A stretch of DNA of 64,000 nt from an uncultured Chloroflexia bacterium (GCA_963728205.1 CAVSIV010000006.1:1376001-1440000), one strand, 5' to 3'; shown: positions 19,296-29,224, counted from the first letter of the stretch. Notes: generated by a model not told the origin, from the sequence alone. Numbers and translations: made by a program.

Positions 19296-20534
19296 GTGCC
19301 AATCGACGCCCTCGGCTCCCAGCCGGCCGGCGCGCCCGCGCCGGCCGCCGCGAGCGCCGCCTCCGCGGCCGCCGCCGCCGGCGCGCCCGGCGCGCCGGCG
19401 CTCGACTTCGCCGCCCTGCTCCAGCAGAAGCTCGCCGCGCCCCACGCGCAGATCCAGCAGGTGCGCGCGGAGGTCGCCTCGCTGCGCAACGGCGGCGCGC
19501 TGCGCGCCGCCGTCCGCTCCGCCGCCCTCGGCGGCGCACCCGCCACACCGTCGTCCGCCGCGAGCACGGGCTTTGCCGCCGCGGCCGACTCCGCCGCGCC
19601 CTCGCTCGCCACGAGCCGGCTCCTCGCCCTGCGCCAGACCGCCTCCGCCGGCCCCGACCCCTACGGCTGGCGCGCGATGGCGACCAGCATCGGCGACTCC
19701 GTGGTCGGCCCCGGGTTCGGCGCGCTCTTCGAACGGCAGATCAACCAGGAGTCCGGTTTCTCACCCGACGTCGCGCTCGGCGCCCGCACCTCGAGCGCCG
19801 GGGCCGAGGGCATCGCGCAGCTCATGCCGCAGTACTACCCCGGCGTCGACCGCACCGACCCGCAGCAATCGCTCACCGCCGCGGCACAGACGATGCGCCA
19901 CTACCTCGAGGCATGGGACGGCGACGTGCGCAAGGCGCTCGCGTCGTACAACGCGGGCCTGGGGAGAGTGCGCCAGGCCGTGCAGGCGCATGGCGACGCC
20001 TGGGAGAGTGCGCTGCCCGCCGAGACGCGGCAGTACCTGCAGAGCATCGTCGGATCGCAGGACTACACCGTGTCGCTGCCGGCCGGCGGGAGCGCCGCGG
20101 TCTTCGGCGGCGTGGGCCCCGGCGGCGTGCTGACGTCGCCGGTCGACCGCGTGCAGCAGCAGCAGCTGCTGGGCCGGGTGCTGCAGATGATCGCCTCTAC
20201 GGGTGCCGGCGTGCGCGCGCCGTCCGACGGCATGGTGACCGCGGTACGGCCCGGCGCCGACGGCACGCTGGGGATCACGCTCGACAACGGCAACGGCTGG
20301 ACGACGCTGCTGCAGGGCCTGGCCGCCGCCAACGTGGCGCCCGGCGACAGCGTGCGGCGGTCCGACCTGCTCGGCACCCTCGCCGGTTCGGCGGGCGGCA
20401 GCGGCGCGCTGGACCTCGGCGTGCAGCTCGACGGGCAGGCCGTCGACCCGAGCCGCTACCTGCTGGCGGCGCAGCTCGCCCAACTCGCGCACAGCGGGTC
20501 CGGCGGGAGCGGAACGGGCGCCGCGCTCCCGTAG
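19296..20534 (+). CDS. lytic transglycosylase (SLT) plus degenerate M23-like domain
   Basis: QINQESGF, GAEGIAQLMP, ALASYNAG, ETRQY; then VRAPSDGMV...VAPGDSV...VDPSRYL. Confidence 0.85.
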   Translation: MPIDALGSQPAGAPAPAAASAASAAAAAGAPGAPALDFAALLQQKLAAPHAQIQQVRAEVASLRNGGALRAAVRSAALGGAPATPSSAASTGFAAAADSAAPSLATSRLLALRQTASAGPDPYGWRAMATSIGDSVVGPGFGALFERQINQESGFSPDVALGARTSSAGAEGIAQLMPQYYPGVDRTDPQQSLTAAAQTMRHYLEAWDGDVRKALASYNAGLGRVRQAVQAHGDAWESALPAETRQYLQSIVGSQDYTVSLPAGGSAAVFGGVGPGGVLTSPVDRVQQQQLLGRVLQMIASTGAGVRAPSDGMVTAVRPGADGTLGITLDNGNGWTTLLQGLAAANVAPGDSVRRSDLLGTLAGSAGGSGALDLGVQLDGQAVDPSRYLLAAQLAQLAHSGSGGSGTGAALP

Positions 20535-20592
20535 CCGCTGTCCTGCGCGCGATGCTACGATTCTTCTCCGCAGCCCGATCGGCTGGACACGT

Positions 20593-20669
20593 GGTGGGTG
20601 TGGCCTAGCGGTTAAGGCGCCAGGTTGTGGCCCTGGAGAGCGTGGGTTCAAATCCCATCACCCACCCCA
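20593..20669 (+). tRNA. tRNA-His (GUG)
   Basis: G-1, acceptor stem gtgggtg/cacccac, anticodon arm ccagg-ttgtggc-cctgg, TTCAAAT T-loop, encoded CCA. Confidence 0.96.
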
Positions 20670-20783
20670 CTTCGACTTCCCATCCGGCATTCCGCCTGCC
20701 ACCACGCAACCTCTCGAGTCAGCGACGCGCCGCCGGCGGCATCGGGCGGCGTCGCCGCGCTTGAAGTGACATAAGGATCGCCC

Positions 20784-22046
20784 GTGCCTCGGCGAACGCT
20801 GACCGTCGTCCCGACCCTCCTGGCCATCGTGGCGCTCGGTCTCTTCGCCGCCTCGTGCAGCCGCGGCAACAAGAGCACGCCGACGGCGACCGGCACCGAG
20901 CTCGCCGATCGCTGGCTGCGCGTCGGCGAGGACATCGGCACCGGCGTCGACGTCTACGAGGGCAAGCTGCCGCCGCAACTGCCGGCGCTGCTGAACCCGG
21001 GCGCCGGCAGCGGCTCGGATGGGCAGGTTGCGCTGCCGGTGCACCCGCAGGGCACGCTGCTCGGCTCGTTCCACATTCGGCGGCCCGACGGAACGAACCT
21101 GCTCTGGATCATCTTCGACGTGCCGGGCGCCGACGCCGACGTGCAGCAGACCGTCTCGCAGCAGCTCGACGCCACGCCGTGGCAGGTGACCGGCGGCCAG
21201 CAGACCGAGTCACTCGCGGTCGTGCGCTTCCAGGACACGCTGTCGAGCGACATCCAGGGGACCGCGGTCGTGCAGCCGTTGCCGAATACGCCGACCTGGG
21301 CCATGACCGTGGAGCGCGGCGGCAAGCAGGTGAACCTCACGATCCAGCGCAGCGCGCCGGTCCCGACGATCGACGCGAGCCTCGAGGAGCAGAACGGCGG
21401 CGTGGTGGCGCAGGCGGTCGACCCGGGCCCCGCGCAGGACGCCGGGCTGCAGGCGAACGACCAGATCGTCTCGATCGACGGGCAGGCCGTGAAGACGCTG
21501 GACGACGTCGCACACCAGCTGCACGCGCTGGGCGACAAGGGCGACAAGACGTCGTCGCTCGTCTACATCCTGCAGATCCAGGCGCCGCATACGCCGGCGT
21601 CGACCTTCGTCCTCCCGCCGAGCCGCTCGCTGCCGAAGGACTTTCCCGCGCCGTTCCTGGTGGGGAGCGGCATGACGGTGCTCGACGTGAACTGGTCGGC
21701 GCAGGCCGGCCAGGGCACCGCGTACCAGGTCACGCTGCTGTCGAAGAGCGCCACGGCCGACGTGGCGCAGGCCGTGCGCGACGTGCTGAAGCAGCAGCAG
21801 TGGACGCTCGTGAACGACCAGGCGGTCGGCTTCGCCACGCAGCTCGACTTCGCGAACGCCGGCGGCGACATCCAGGGCCGGGCCACCGTGGACTCCTACG
21901 CCGACGACAAGTCGTACACGTCGGTGGTGGTGCAGCTGCAGACCGGCGCCACGCCCGCACCCGCCGGCACCCCCGCGTCGCCGACCGGCACGGGCACCGC
22001 GACCCCGGCGGCTGCGGCCACCGGCACCCCGACCGCGACGCCGTAG
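20784..22046 (+). CDS. lipoprotein with PDZ domain
   Basis: Lipobox-like AASC; VDPGPAQDAGLQANDQIVSIDGQAV; Pro/Thr-rich tail. Confidence 0.75.
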   Translation: MPRRTLTVVPTLLAIVALGLFAASCSRGNKSTPTATGTELADRWLRVGEDIGTGVDVYEGKLPPQLPALLNPGAGSGSDGQVALPVHPQGTLLGSFHIRRPDGTNLLWIIFDVPGADADVQQTVSQQLDATPWQVTGGQQTESLAVVRFQDTLSSDIQGTAVVQPLPNTPTWAMTVERGGKQVNLTIQRSAPVPTIDASLEEQNGGVVAQAVDPGPAQDAGLQANDQIVSIDGQAVKTLDDVAHQLHALGDKGDKTSSLVYILQIQAPHTPASTFVLPPSRSLPKDFPAPFLVGSGMTVLDVNWSAQAGQGTAYQVTLLSKSATADVAQAVRDVLKQQQWTLVNDQAVGFATQLDFANAGGDIQGRATVDSYADDKSYTSVVVQLQTGATPAPAGTPASPTGTGTATPAAAATGTPTATP

Positions 22047-22275
22047 CGGTTCGCGCCCCGCGCGGGGTCGTCCCGCGCGGGCGGCGAGTAGCGCCCCGAC
22101 GGCCCCCTGCGCCCGGAGTCGGGGGCGCGCCGCACCGACATCGGGCGTTCCCCCGATGAACCGCGCGCGCGGCGAGCGGAATGATGGTCCTCGTCGAAAG
22201 GGGCGGCGTGCGCGCCGTCCCCGGTGTCGCGTGAACCGCCGTGCGGCGGCTCGCGACCCGACCGGGAGGCTCGCG

Positions 22276-23461
22276 ATGGCGCTGCAGATCAACACCAACG
22301 TCATGGCGCTGAACGCTCAGCGCAACCTGAGCATCACGAGCGGCAAGATGGCGAAGGCCCTCGAGCAGCTCTCCAGCGGCCTGCGCATCAACCGCGCGGC
22401 CGACGACGCCGCGGGCCTCGCCATCAGCGAGAAGATGCGCGCCCAGATCGGCGGCATGCAGCAGGGCCTGCGCAACGCGCAGGACGGCGTCTCCATGATC
22501 CAGACGGCCGAGGGCTCGCTTTCCGAGACCCACGCGATCCTCCAGCGCATGCGCGAGTTGGCCGTCCAGGGCTCGTCCACGACGCTCTCCACCTCCGACC
22601 GCCAGGCCATCGGCGACGAGCTGCTCACGCTGCGCAACGAGATCGACAACATCGCGAGCCGTACCCGCTTCAACGGCCTGAACCTGCTCACCGGGACGCT
22701 CGCCGCCACCGCGGCCGGCACGCTCGCGACCGCGACCATTTCGTCCGGCGGCACGAACGTCACGACGTCGATCGACGCCAGCGGCGTCGACCCGTCGCAC
22801 ACCTTCACGGTCTCGAGCGCCGGCGCGGCGCTGACCATCAAGGACAACGCGACGAACATCCAGCAGACGGTCACCGTCCCCGACTTCGCGGCGGCCGGCA
22901 GCGAGGTGCTCGACTTCAACGCCCTCGGGATCAAGATCACCCTCACCGCGGACGGCGCGATCACCGGCGCGAACATGGCGACCGGCGGCACGAACCCGAT
23001 GGGCAGCGCCACGCTCTCGTTCTCGGGCTCGGGCAGCGCCACCTACCGCGTCGGCTCCGAGGCCACCGACAACGTCGCGGTCCAGTTCGGCGACATGCGC
23101 GCCTCCGCGCTCGGCAGCGGCGGCGGCAGCAACATCAGCAACCTCGTCGTCGACAACAACTCGGTCGCGACCGGCGCGCAGGCGGACACGCTGCTGACCG
23201 CGATCGACGCCGCCATCGACCAGGTCTCGACCCAGCGCGCGCAGCTCGGCGCGGCGCAGAACCAGATGGAGTCGGCGATCAACTCGCTGGGCGTCTCCGT
23301 GGAGAACCTCACGGCGTCGGAGTCGCGCATTCGCGACGCCGACATCGCCCAGGTGTCGTCGGAGCTGGTGTCGCGCCAGAATCATGCAGCAGGCCGGCGT
23401 GGCGGTGCTCGCGCAGGCGAACTCGGCGCCGCAGGCGGTGCTGCAGCTGCTCAAGCAGTAG
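22276..23461 (+). CDS. fliC: flagellin 4, divergent (+1 frameshift at 23379)
   Basis: MALQINTN...; corrected end RQIMQQAGVAVLAQANSAPQAVLQLLKQ*. Confidence 0.95.
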
Positions 23462-23735
23462 GGGCAGGCGAGCGCAGCGCGGCGAACGCCGCGTCCTCAG
23501 CGGCGGCAGACAGGCCGCCGACCCTGCGCCGGGCGTCCGCCCGGCGGCGGGCCGGCGCCGCGGGCCCAGGCCCCGCGAAACCGTCGGCGGCCTGTCTGCC
23601 GCCGCTTGGGCCCGGCGGCCCATCCATCTCGGCGGCCCGCTGGGCCTGGCGGCACATCCACTGTCGACGGCGTGGCGTGGACGCGCCCCGCGCACCGTAG
23701 GGAACGCCCCGCCCCACCTCCAGAGATCTCCGCAT

Positions 23736-23762
23736 TCAAGTTCTCGCGGGACCGGTCGATGA
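23736..23762 (+). promoter_or_regulatory. sigma28-like promoter of flaG-fliD
   Basis: TCAAG-N14-GTCGATGA. Confidence 0.65.
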
Positions 23763-23780
23763 TCCCGCGAGGAGTACGCG

Positions 23781-24122
23781 ATGTCCGACATCCGCGTCCC
23801 GGGACCGCCCGATCCGACCGTGCACGTCGCGCAGATTCGCACGCACGGGGACGGCGGGGGCCATCACGCGCAGGGCGACGCGCAGCCGCACGAGCGGCGC
23901 GAGGAGCCCCGCGGCGCGGAGGAGCTGTCGGTGGCACTGGCCGGCAGCGGGCGCTCGGCACTGGCGGCGCAGTTCGTCCAGGACGCCGAGGGCAACGCGT
24001 TGATCCGGATCGTCGATCGCGAGCGCGGAGACGTCGTCGCCGTGATCACGCCGGAGGAGCTGCGAGCGCTCGCCGAGCAGACCGGTCTCCCCCCCGGGCT
24101 GCTGGTGCAGGCCTCGTCGTGA
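23781..24122 (+). CDS. flaG: FlaG-like protein
   Basis: IRIVDRERGDVVAVITPEEL...GLLV; located between flagellin and fliD. Confidence 0.75.
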   Translation: MSDIRVPGPPDPTVHVAQIRTHGDGGGHHAQGDAQPHERREEPRGAEELSVALAGSGRSALAAQFVQDAEGNALIRIVDRERGDVVAVITPEELRALAEQTGLPPGLLVQASS

Positions 24123-24175
24123 GCGGCCGCGGCGGCATCCCGCCAGCCCGGCCCGAACGCGGAAGCGAGTAGCCG

Positions 24176-26635
24176 ATGGTCTCGCCCATCAACAGCCTCA
24201 CCGCCGGCGCGAGCGGGTCCACGTCGAGCACGTCCGGCACGCCGCCCATCACCTTCGGCGGCCTCGCGTCCGGCCTCAACACGAACGCGATCATCGACGC
24301 CATCCTCCAGCAGGACAAGCGGCCGATCGTCCTCGCGCAGCAGCGCGAAGCGACGTACCAGGCGCAGCAGGCGACCCTCGCCCAGATCAACGGCGACTTC
24401 CAGACGCTGCTCGGCTACGCGCAGTCGCTCGCCCTGCCGGCCACCTTCAACGGCCGCACCACGACCGTCCTGCCGGGCTCCTCCGACGCCGGCAAGCTCG
24501 ACGCCAGCGCGACATCCTCCGCGGCGACCGGCAGCTTCAAGGTCGACATCGTCTCGCTGGCGACGGCCACCACCACCGCGAGCTCCACCGGCATCGGCCA
24601 GGCTGTCGACCAGAACGTCTCGCTCGACCAGGCCGGCTTCCAGACGCCGGTCACCGCCGGCACATTCACCATCAACGGGACCGTCTTCACGATCCCCGCC
24701 GCCACGTCCGACTCGATCGTGAGCGCGAGTGCCGTCGGCGCCGCCGTCGACCCCACCCAGCCGCTGTCCTCCGCCGGCCTCTCGCTGGCGCCGACCGCGG
24801 GTACGTTCAGCATCAACGGCGTCGCGATCAGCTTCGACCCGGCGACCGACTCGCTGGACGACGTGATGACGCGCATCAACCAGTCGGCTGCCGGCGTCAC
24901 GGCCACATGGGACGCCGGCACGCAGTCGCTCACGCTGACGAACAACGCCGGCGGCAACACGCCGATCACGCTCGCCGACAACACCGGCAACTTCCTGCAG
25001 TCGATGAACCTGATCGACGGCAGCGGCACGAAGATCGGCACGGAGACCGCCGGCACCGACATGGTCTCGCTGACCGACGTCATGAACATGATCAACGGCG
25101 CCGGCATCGGCGTGACCGCGAGTGTCGTCAACGACTCGTACGGGCGCGCCAACCTGCTCCAGCTCGACGGCGGCGGCAGCAACGTGCTCGTCGGTGCCGG
25201 CGGCGACACGAGCAACTTCCTCGCCGCCACCAACCTGCTGCAGTCCCCGACCGGGACGACGCGCACCAGCGTCTCCGGCATCGCCGGCGCGAACACCGGG
25301 GTCGACCTGCAGGACGCGCGCCTGCAGACCGCGCTGTCGGCGTCGACGGGCACGTTCACGATCAACGGCGTGCAGTTCGCGTGGGACAAGACCAGCGATT
25401 CGCTGAACAACCTGATCAGCGACATCAACAGCTCGGCCGCCGGCGTGACGGCAGCCTACGACGCGACGACCGACCAGCTCACGCTGACGTCGAAGACGCT
25501 CGGGTCGAGCCAGATCACGCTGAGCGACGACAGCGGCAACTTCCTCGCCGCGACCGGCCTGCTTGCCGCGGCGCAGTCCACCGGCACGAGCGCCTCGTAC
25601 CGCATCAACGGCGGCGCGCTGCGCTACTCGACGAGCAACACCGTGACGAACGCGCTGCCGGGCGTCACGCTGACGTTCCACGACACCACCACGTCGTCCG
25701 TCTCGGTCGAGATCGGCGCCGATTCGTCGTCGGCCACCTCGGCGATCCAGTCCTTCGTCGACCAGTACAACAAGGTCAACGCGGACATCGCGAGCGCGAC
25801 GAAGTACGACAGCAGCGGGCAGGGACAGAACGGGGTGATGTTCGGCGACGCGTCGCTGCGCATCATGTCGGACACGCTGCACGGGATGCTGACGGGGCCG
25901 GTGCTCGGCTTCACGGGCAGCATCCGCACGCTGAGCGACGTCGGCATCTCGTTCGGCACGCCCGGCAAGGCGGTCGGCACGACCGACAAGCTGGTGTTCG
26001 ACGCGAGCAAGTTCGCGTCGGCGTACCAGTCGGACGCGACGACGGTCGTCAACCTCTTCACGAAGTTCCAGGGCGCGGTGGCGCTGGACGCGGGGGGCAC
26101 GGGCTCGATCGCGTCGCTGAGCGGCACGCCGACGTCGGCGACGAAGCCCGGCAAGTACTCGATCGCCTCGACGGCCGGTGGCGCGCTGACGGTCACCTTC
26201 ACGCCCGACGACGGCTCGACGCCGATCATCTCGAGCGGCTCGATCGCCGCCAGCGGCACGAACACCACGCTCATTCCCGGGGTGACGATCACCGCGAAGG
26301 GCACGCTGGTCGCCGGGACGGATTCCGTCACGCTCAGCGCGACCACGCAGGGCGCCGGGCTCTCGTTCCAGTCGTACATCGACTCGTTGACGCGCACGGA
26401 CGGCGTCTTCGACACCCGCGACCAGTCGCTGCAGTCGTCGATCAACGACCTGAACAAGCAGATCGACGACATGAACCGGCGCATCGACACGGAGCAGCAG
26501 CAGCTGATCCAAAAGTACTCGAACCTCGAGGTGACGATCTCGCAGCTGCAGACGCAGCAGCAGGCGCTGCAGGGCATGCTGAGCCAGCTGGGCCTGCAGT
26601 CGGCGCCGTCGTCGTCGAAGTCGTCGGGTGGCTAG
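24176..26635 (+). CDS. fliD: flagellar filament cap FliD (819 aa)
   Basis: GLASGLNTNAII, repeated hook-IN-like blocks, SNTVTNALPGVTL, FVDQYN, TLSDVGI, C-terminal coiled coil. Confidence 0.95.
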   Translation: MVSPINSLTAGASGSTSSTSGTPPITFGGLASGLNTNAIIDAILQQDKRPIVLAQQREATYQAQQATLAQINGDFQTLLGYAQSLALPATFNGRTTTVLPGSSDAGKLDASATSSAATGSFKVDIVSLATATTTASSTGIGQAVDQNVSLDQAGFQTPVTAGTFTINGTVFTIPAATSDSIVSASAVGAAVDPTQPLSSAGLSLAPTAGTFSINGVAISFDPATDSLDDVMTRINQSAAGVTATWDAGTQSLTLTNNAGGNTPITLADNTGNFLQSMNLIDGSGTKIGTETAGTDMVSLTDVMNMINGAGIGVTASVVNDSYGRANLLQLDGGGSNVLVGAGGDTSNFLAATNLLQSPTGTTRTSVSGIAGANTGVDLQDARLQTALSASTGTFTINGVQFAWDKTSDSLNNLISDINSSAAGVTAAYDATTDQLTLTSKTLGSSQITLSDDSGNFLAATGLLAAAQSTGTSASYRINGGALRYSTSNTVTNALPGVTLTFHDTTTSSVSVEIGADSSSATSAIQSFVDQYNKVNADIASATKYDSSGQGQNGVMFGDASLRIMSDTLHGMLTGPVLGFTGSIRTLSDVGISFGTPGKAVGTTDKLVFDASKFASAYQSDATTVVNLFTKFQGAVALDAGGTGSIASLSGTPTSATKPGKYSIASTAGGALTVTFTPDDGSTPIISSGSIAASGTNTTLIPGVTITAKGTLVAGTDSVTLSATTQGAGLSFQSYIDSLTRTDGVFDTRDQSLQSSINDLNKQIDDMNRRIDTEQQQLIQKYSNLEVTISQLQTQQQALQGMLSQLGLQSAPSSSKSSGG

Positions 26636-26925
26636 CGGGTGCGCGCGGGCCCACAGCCACAGCGGCGGCAGAGATGCCGCCGATAGCCCCCGAACGCGAG
26701 TCCAGGCGCCTGGCGCCACGCGCCCTGTCGGCTGCACGTCCGCGGCCGCTGTGGTTGCGGAGGCCGTCCCCGTCGCGCGAATGGGGTTCGCGCCCGGCCG
26801 GTCCGCAGAATCAGCGATCGCCCTCATCGTGGCGCCGGCCGTCCGGTCGACTCTCTTGGGGAGACGGGTGACGCGGGCGGGCGTCACTCGTCGGGCCGCC
26901 GAGATGAGCAGGTTCGGAGGGTGAG

Positions 26926-27309
26926 TTGCAGTCAGTCGGATACGGTGCGTACCGGCGGATCCAGGCGGAGACCTCGTCTCCGGCCGAGCTGATCCTGCTG
27001 CTGTACGACGGCCTCATGAAGGATCTCACCCAGGCCGAGGAACGCCTCGCGCAGCGCGACTGGGAGGTCGCGCACGTTGCCCTCGTGCGCGCCCAGGAGA
27101 TCGTGCTGGAGCTGATCGCGAGCCTCGATATGAACGCGGGGGACATCGCGCGGCAGCTGGCGCCCCTCTACGAGTACCAGTACCAGCGCCTCCTCGAGGC
27201 CAACGTTCGCAAGGACGCGGGGGCGGTCGCCGAGGTGATCCGGCTCGTGACCCCGCTGCGCAACGCGTGGATCGCCGCGATCCGGAACGTGCAGGCCGCT
27301 CGTGCCTGA
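26926..27309 (+). CDS. fliS: flagellar export chaperone FliS
   Basis: ETSSPAELILLLYDG, AQEIVLELIASLD, LYEY, LRNAW. Confidence 0.95.
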   Translation: MQSVGYGAYRRIQAETSSPAELILLLYDGLMKDLTQAEERLAQRDWEVAHVALVRAQEIVLELIASLDMNAGDIARQLAPLYEYQYQRLLEANVRKDAGAVAEVIRLVTPLRNAWIAAIRNVQAARA

Positions 27310-27718
27310 CCAGATGGCGGCCGCGAAGTTCGCGCTCCTGCGCGAGCTGTTCGACCTGTCGCGCGAGCAGCGCGCCCAGCTCGAGGACGACCGCATCGAC
27401 CTCGTCCTGGCGCTGATGGAGGAGCGCGAGCGCCTCGTCCATCAACTCGAGGACCTGTTCGTGGAGTCGGGCAACGTGCCGGAGAACGTGATCGCGTTCC
27501 CCACGCCGACCACGCACGACTGGTCGCAGCAGGACGAGCTGGCGCTGGACACGCTGATCCGGGGCATCCTGGAGTACGACCAGCAGAACGAGGCGATGCT
27601 CGCGGAGCGGCTCGACGCCCTGCGCGACGAGCTCCCCCGGCTCGATCGGGGCCGGCGGGCGACGAACGGCTACCGCGTGACGCAGTACGGGCCGAGCTAC
27701 ATCGATCGCGTCTCCTGA
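27302..27718 (+). CDS. FliT/FlgN-like flagellar chaperone
   Basis: All-helical; LMEERERL; ends GY...YIDRVS; overlaps fliS. Confidence 0.6.
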   Translation: MPDQMAAAKFALLRELFDLSREQRAQLEDDRIDLVLALMEERERLVHQLEDLFVESGNVPENVIAFPTPTTHDWSQQDELALDTLIRGILEYDQQNEAMLAERLDALRDELPRLDRGRRATNGYRVTQYGPSYIDRVS

Positions 27719-27793
27719 CGATGATCAGGGAGGAGACCCGCGGCCGGCCGGGTGCCGCCGCGGGTCGCTCCCCCTGCAACGTCGGGAGAGGTG

Positions 27794-28531
27794 ATGGCAG
27801 CGAAGCGACAGGCCCCGCGCGCCGGCGGGCGCGGCATCGCGCCGCGCGGACGCACGCGCTCGCACCGTCGCACCGCGATGCAGACGGTCGCGGCGTTCGT
27901 GCTGGGGCTGCTGGCCGTCGCCACCGGCTTCCTCTTCGCCGGGACCGGCCTCGACCACGGCCCCTCCAGCACCGCCGCGCAGGTCGCGGCCACGAACGCC
28001 GCCATCGAGCTCGCACACGATCCCGGCGCACGCCCGCAGACGGCGGCGACACCCGTCGTGCCGGCACACCCCGAGCCGTTCGTCCCGGCGGCCCAGCGCG
28101 CGATCCTGATGCGCCCCGAGGGCGTCACGCGCGTCGTGGTGCCGGCCGTGCACATCGACGCCCGCGTGGAGCCCGTCGGCTACACCTTCCAGAACGGCCA
28201 CCTCGACTACGACGTGCCCCTGCACGAGGCCGGCCACTATGTCGGCTCCGCCGATCCCGGCGACCGGGGGAACGTCGTGATCGCGGGGCACGTGGCCACG
28301 CGCGGCGGGCAGGGCATCTTCGAGGCGCTGCCGGGCGTGAAGGCCGGCGACATCGTGGAGGTCTATCGAGGCAGCGAGGTCTACCGATACTCCGTAGTAG
28401 AGATCCGGGTCGTCGCAGCGGATGCGACGGACGTGATGACGCAGACGCAAGACGCGACTCTCACGCTCATCACGTGCTTTCCGACGAACAACTTCCAGAA
28501 TCGCCTGGTGGTTGTCGGGAAGCTCGTATAG
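27794..28531 (+). CDS. sortase (class D/E-like)
   Basis: N-terminal TM; GNVVIAGH, LTLITCFP and RLVV give the His-Cys-Arg triad. Confidence 0.92.
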   Translation: MAAKRQAPRAGGRGIAPRGRTRSHRRTAMQTVAAFVLGLLAVATGFLFAGTGLDHGPSSTAAQVAATNAAIELAHDPGARPQTAATPVVPAHPEPFVPAAQRAILMRPEGVTRVVVPAVHIDARVEPVGYTFQNGHLDYDVPLHEAGHYVGSADPGDRGNVVIAGHVATRGGQGIFEALPGVKAGDIVEVYRGSEVYRYSVVEIRVVAADATDVMTQTQDATLTLITCFPTNNFQNRLVVVGKLV

Positions 28532-28575
28532 CGAGTGCGCGGCCGCCCGTGCCGTACACTCCGAGCGTGAGGAGC

Positions 28576-28878
28576 GTGCGCTTGCAGATTGACCGTTCCA
28601 CGTCCCAGCCGTCCGGCGACGCGAGCCGCCCCCAGCGGCCCACCCCGCCCGCGCAGGCCGCGGCCGCCGGCGCCGCGTCACGCACGGACCAGGCGAGCGG
28701 CGAGCGCCGCGACGCCATCGAGCTGAGCCCGCAGGCCCGCAAGGTCGTGCAACTGCCGCAGCCGCGCGACGAGCGCGCCGCGCTGGTCGATCGCCTCCGC
28801 CAGGAGGTAGACGCCGGCACCTACCGCCCCGACGCCGACGCGGTCGCGCGCCGCATCGCGGAGCAGTTCGACCGGTAG
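28576..28878 (+). CDS. flgM: anti-sigma28 factor FlgM
   Basis: DAIELSPQA...RAALVDRLRQEVDAGTYRPDADAVARRI; GAGGAG RBS. Confidence 0.9.
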   Translation: MRLQIDRSTSQPSGDASRPQRPTPPAQAAAAGAASRTDQASGERRDAIELSPQARKVVQLPQPRDERAALVDRLRQEVDAGTYRPDADAVARRIAEQFDR

Positions 28879-28895
28879 ACGGCGGCCGGCGCCAC

Positions 28896-29061
28896 GGCGG
28901 CGGCAGACATGCCGCCGCCGCGGGGCGGGCGTCCGCCCGCCGTTCCCGGCCGTGGCCGCCGTTGCCGGCCGCGGCTGCCGCTGACCTGACCGCTGGCCGC
29001 GGCCGCGAATGGCCGGCGTCCGCCGGCCGCCCGTCGGCGGCATGCCTGCCGCCGCTGTGGG
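28896..29061. repeat. inverted REP pair
   Basis: ggcggcggcagacatgccgccg ... tcggcggcatgcctgccgccgctgtggg. Confidence 0.7.
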
Positions 29062-29224
29062 CCGGCGCACGCCGTCCCGTCCGCGCCCCGCCCGCTGCGG
29101 CTCCGGCGAATCGGCACGGCGCGCCGCCCTTCTCGGGACATCGCCCCCATACGACCCGGGAACTCCCTCATACGGACCAACCAGCCCCGTACCTAATCTC
29201 GGGATGCACCGGGAGGGGCTGGGC

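Noticed and set aside
18660-20534. flavin reductase-transglycosylase fusion (624 aa)
   Set aside because: Created by the frameshift at 19061; there is a stop at 19164 and a separate RBS/GTG at 19296.
20593-20669. tRNA-His as an integration site for a genomic island
   Set aside because: No integrase and no duplicated tRNA 3' end seen in the window.
23864-26887. long antisense ORFs (for example 1007 aa opposite fliD)
   Set aside because: Shadow frames caused by high GC; Arg/Ala-rich with no motifs.
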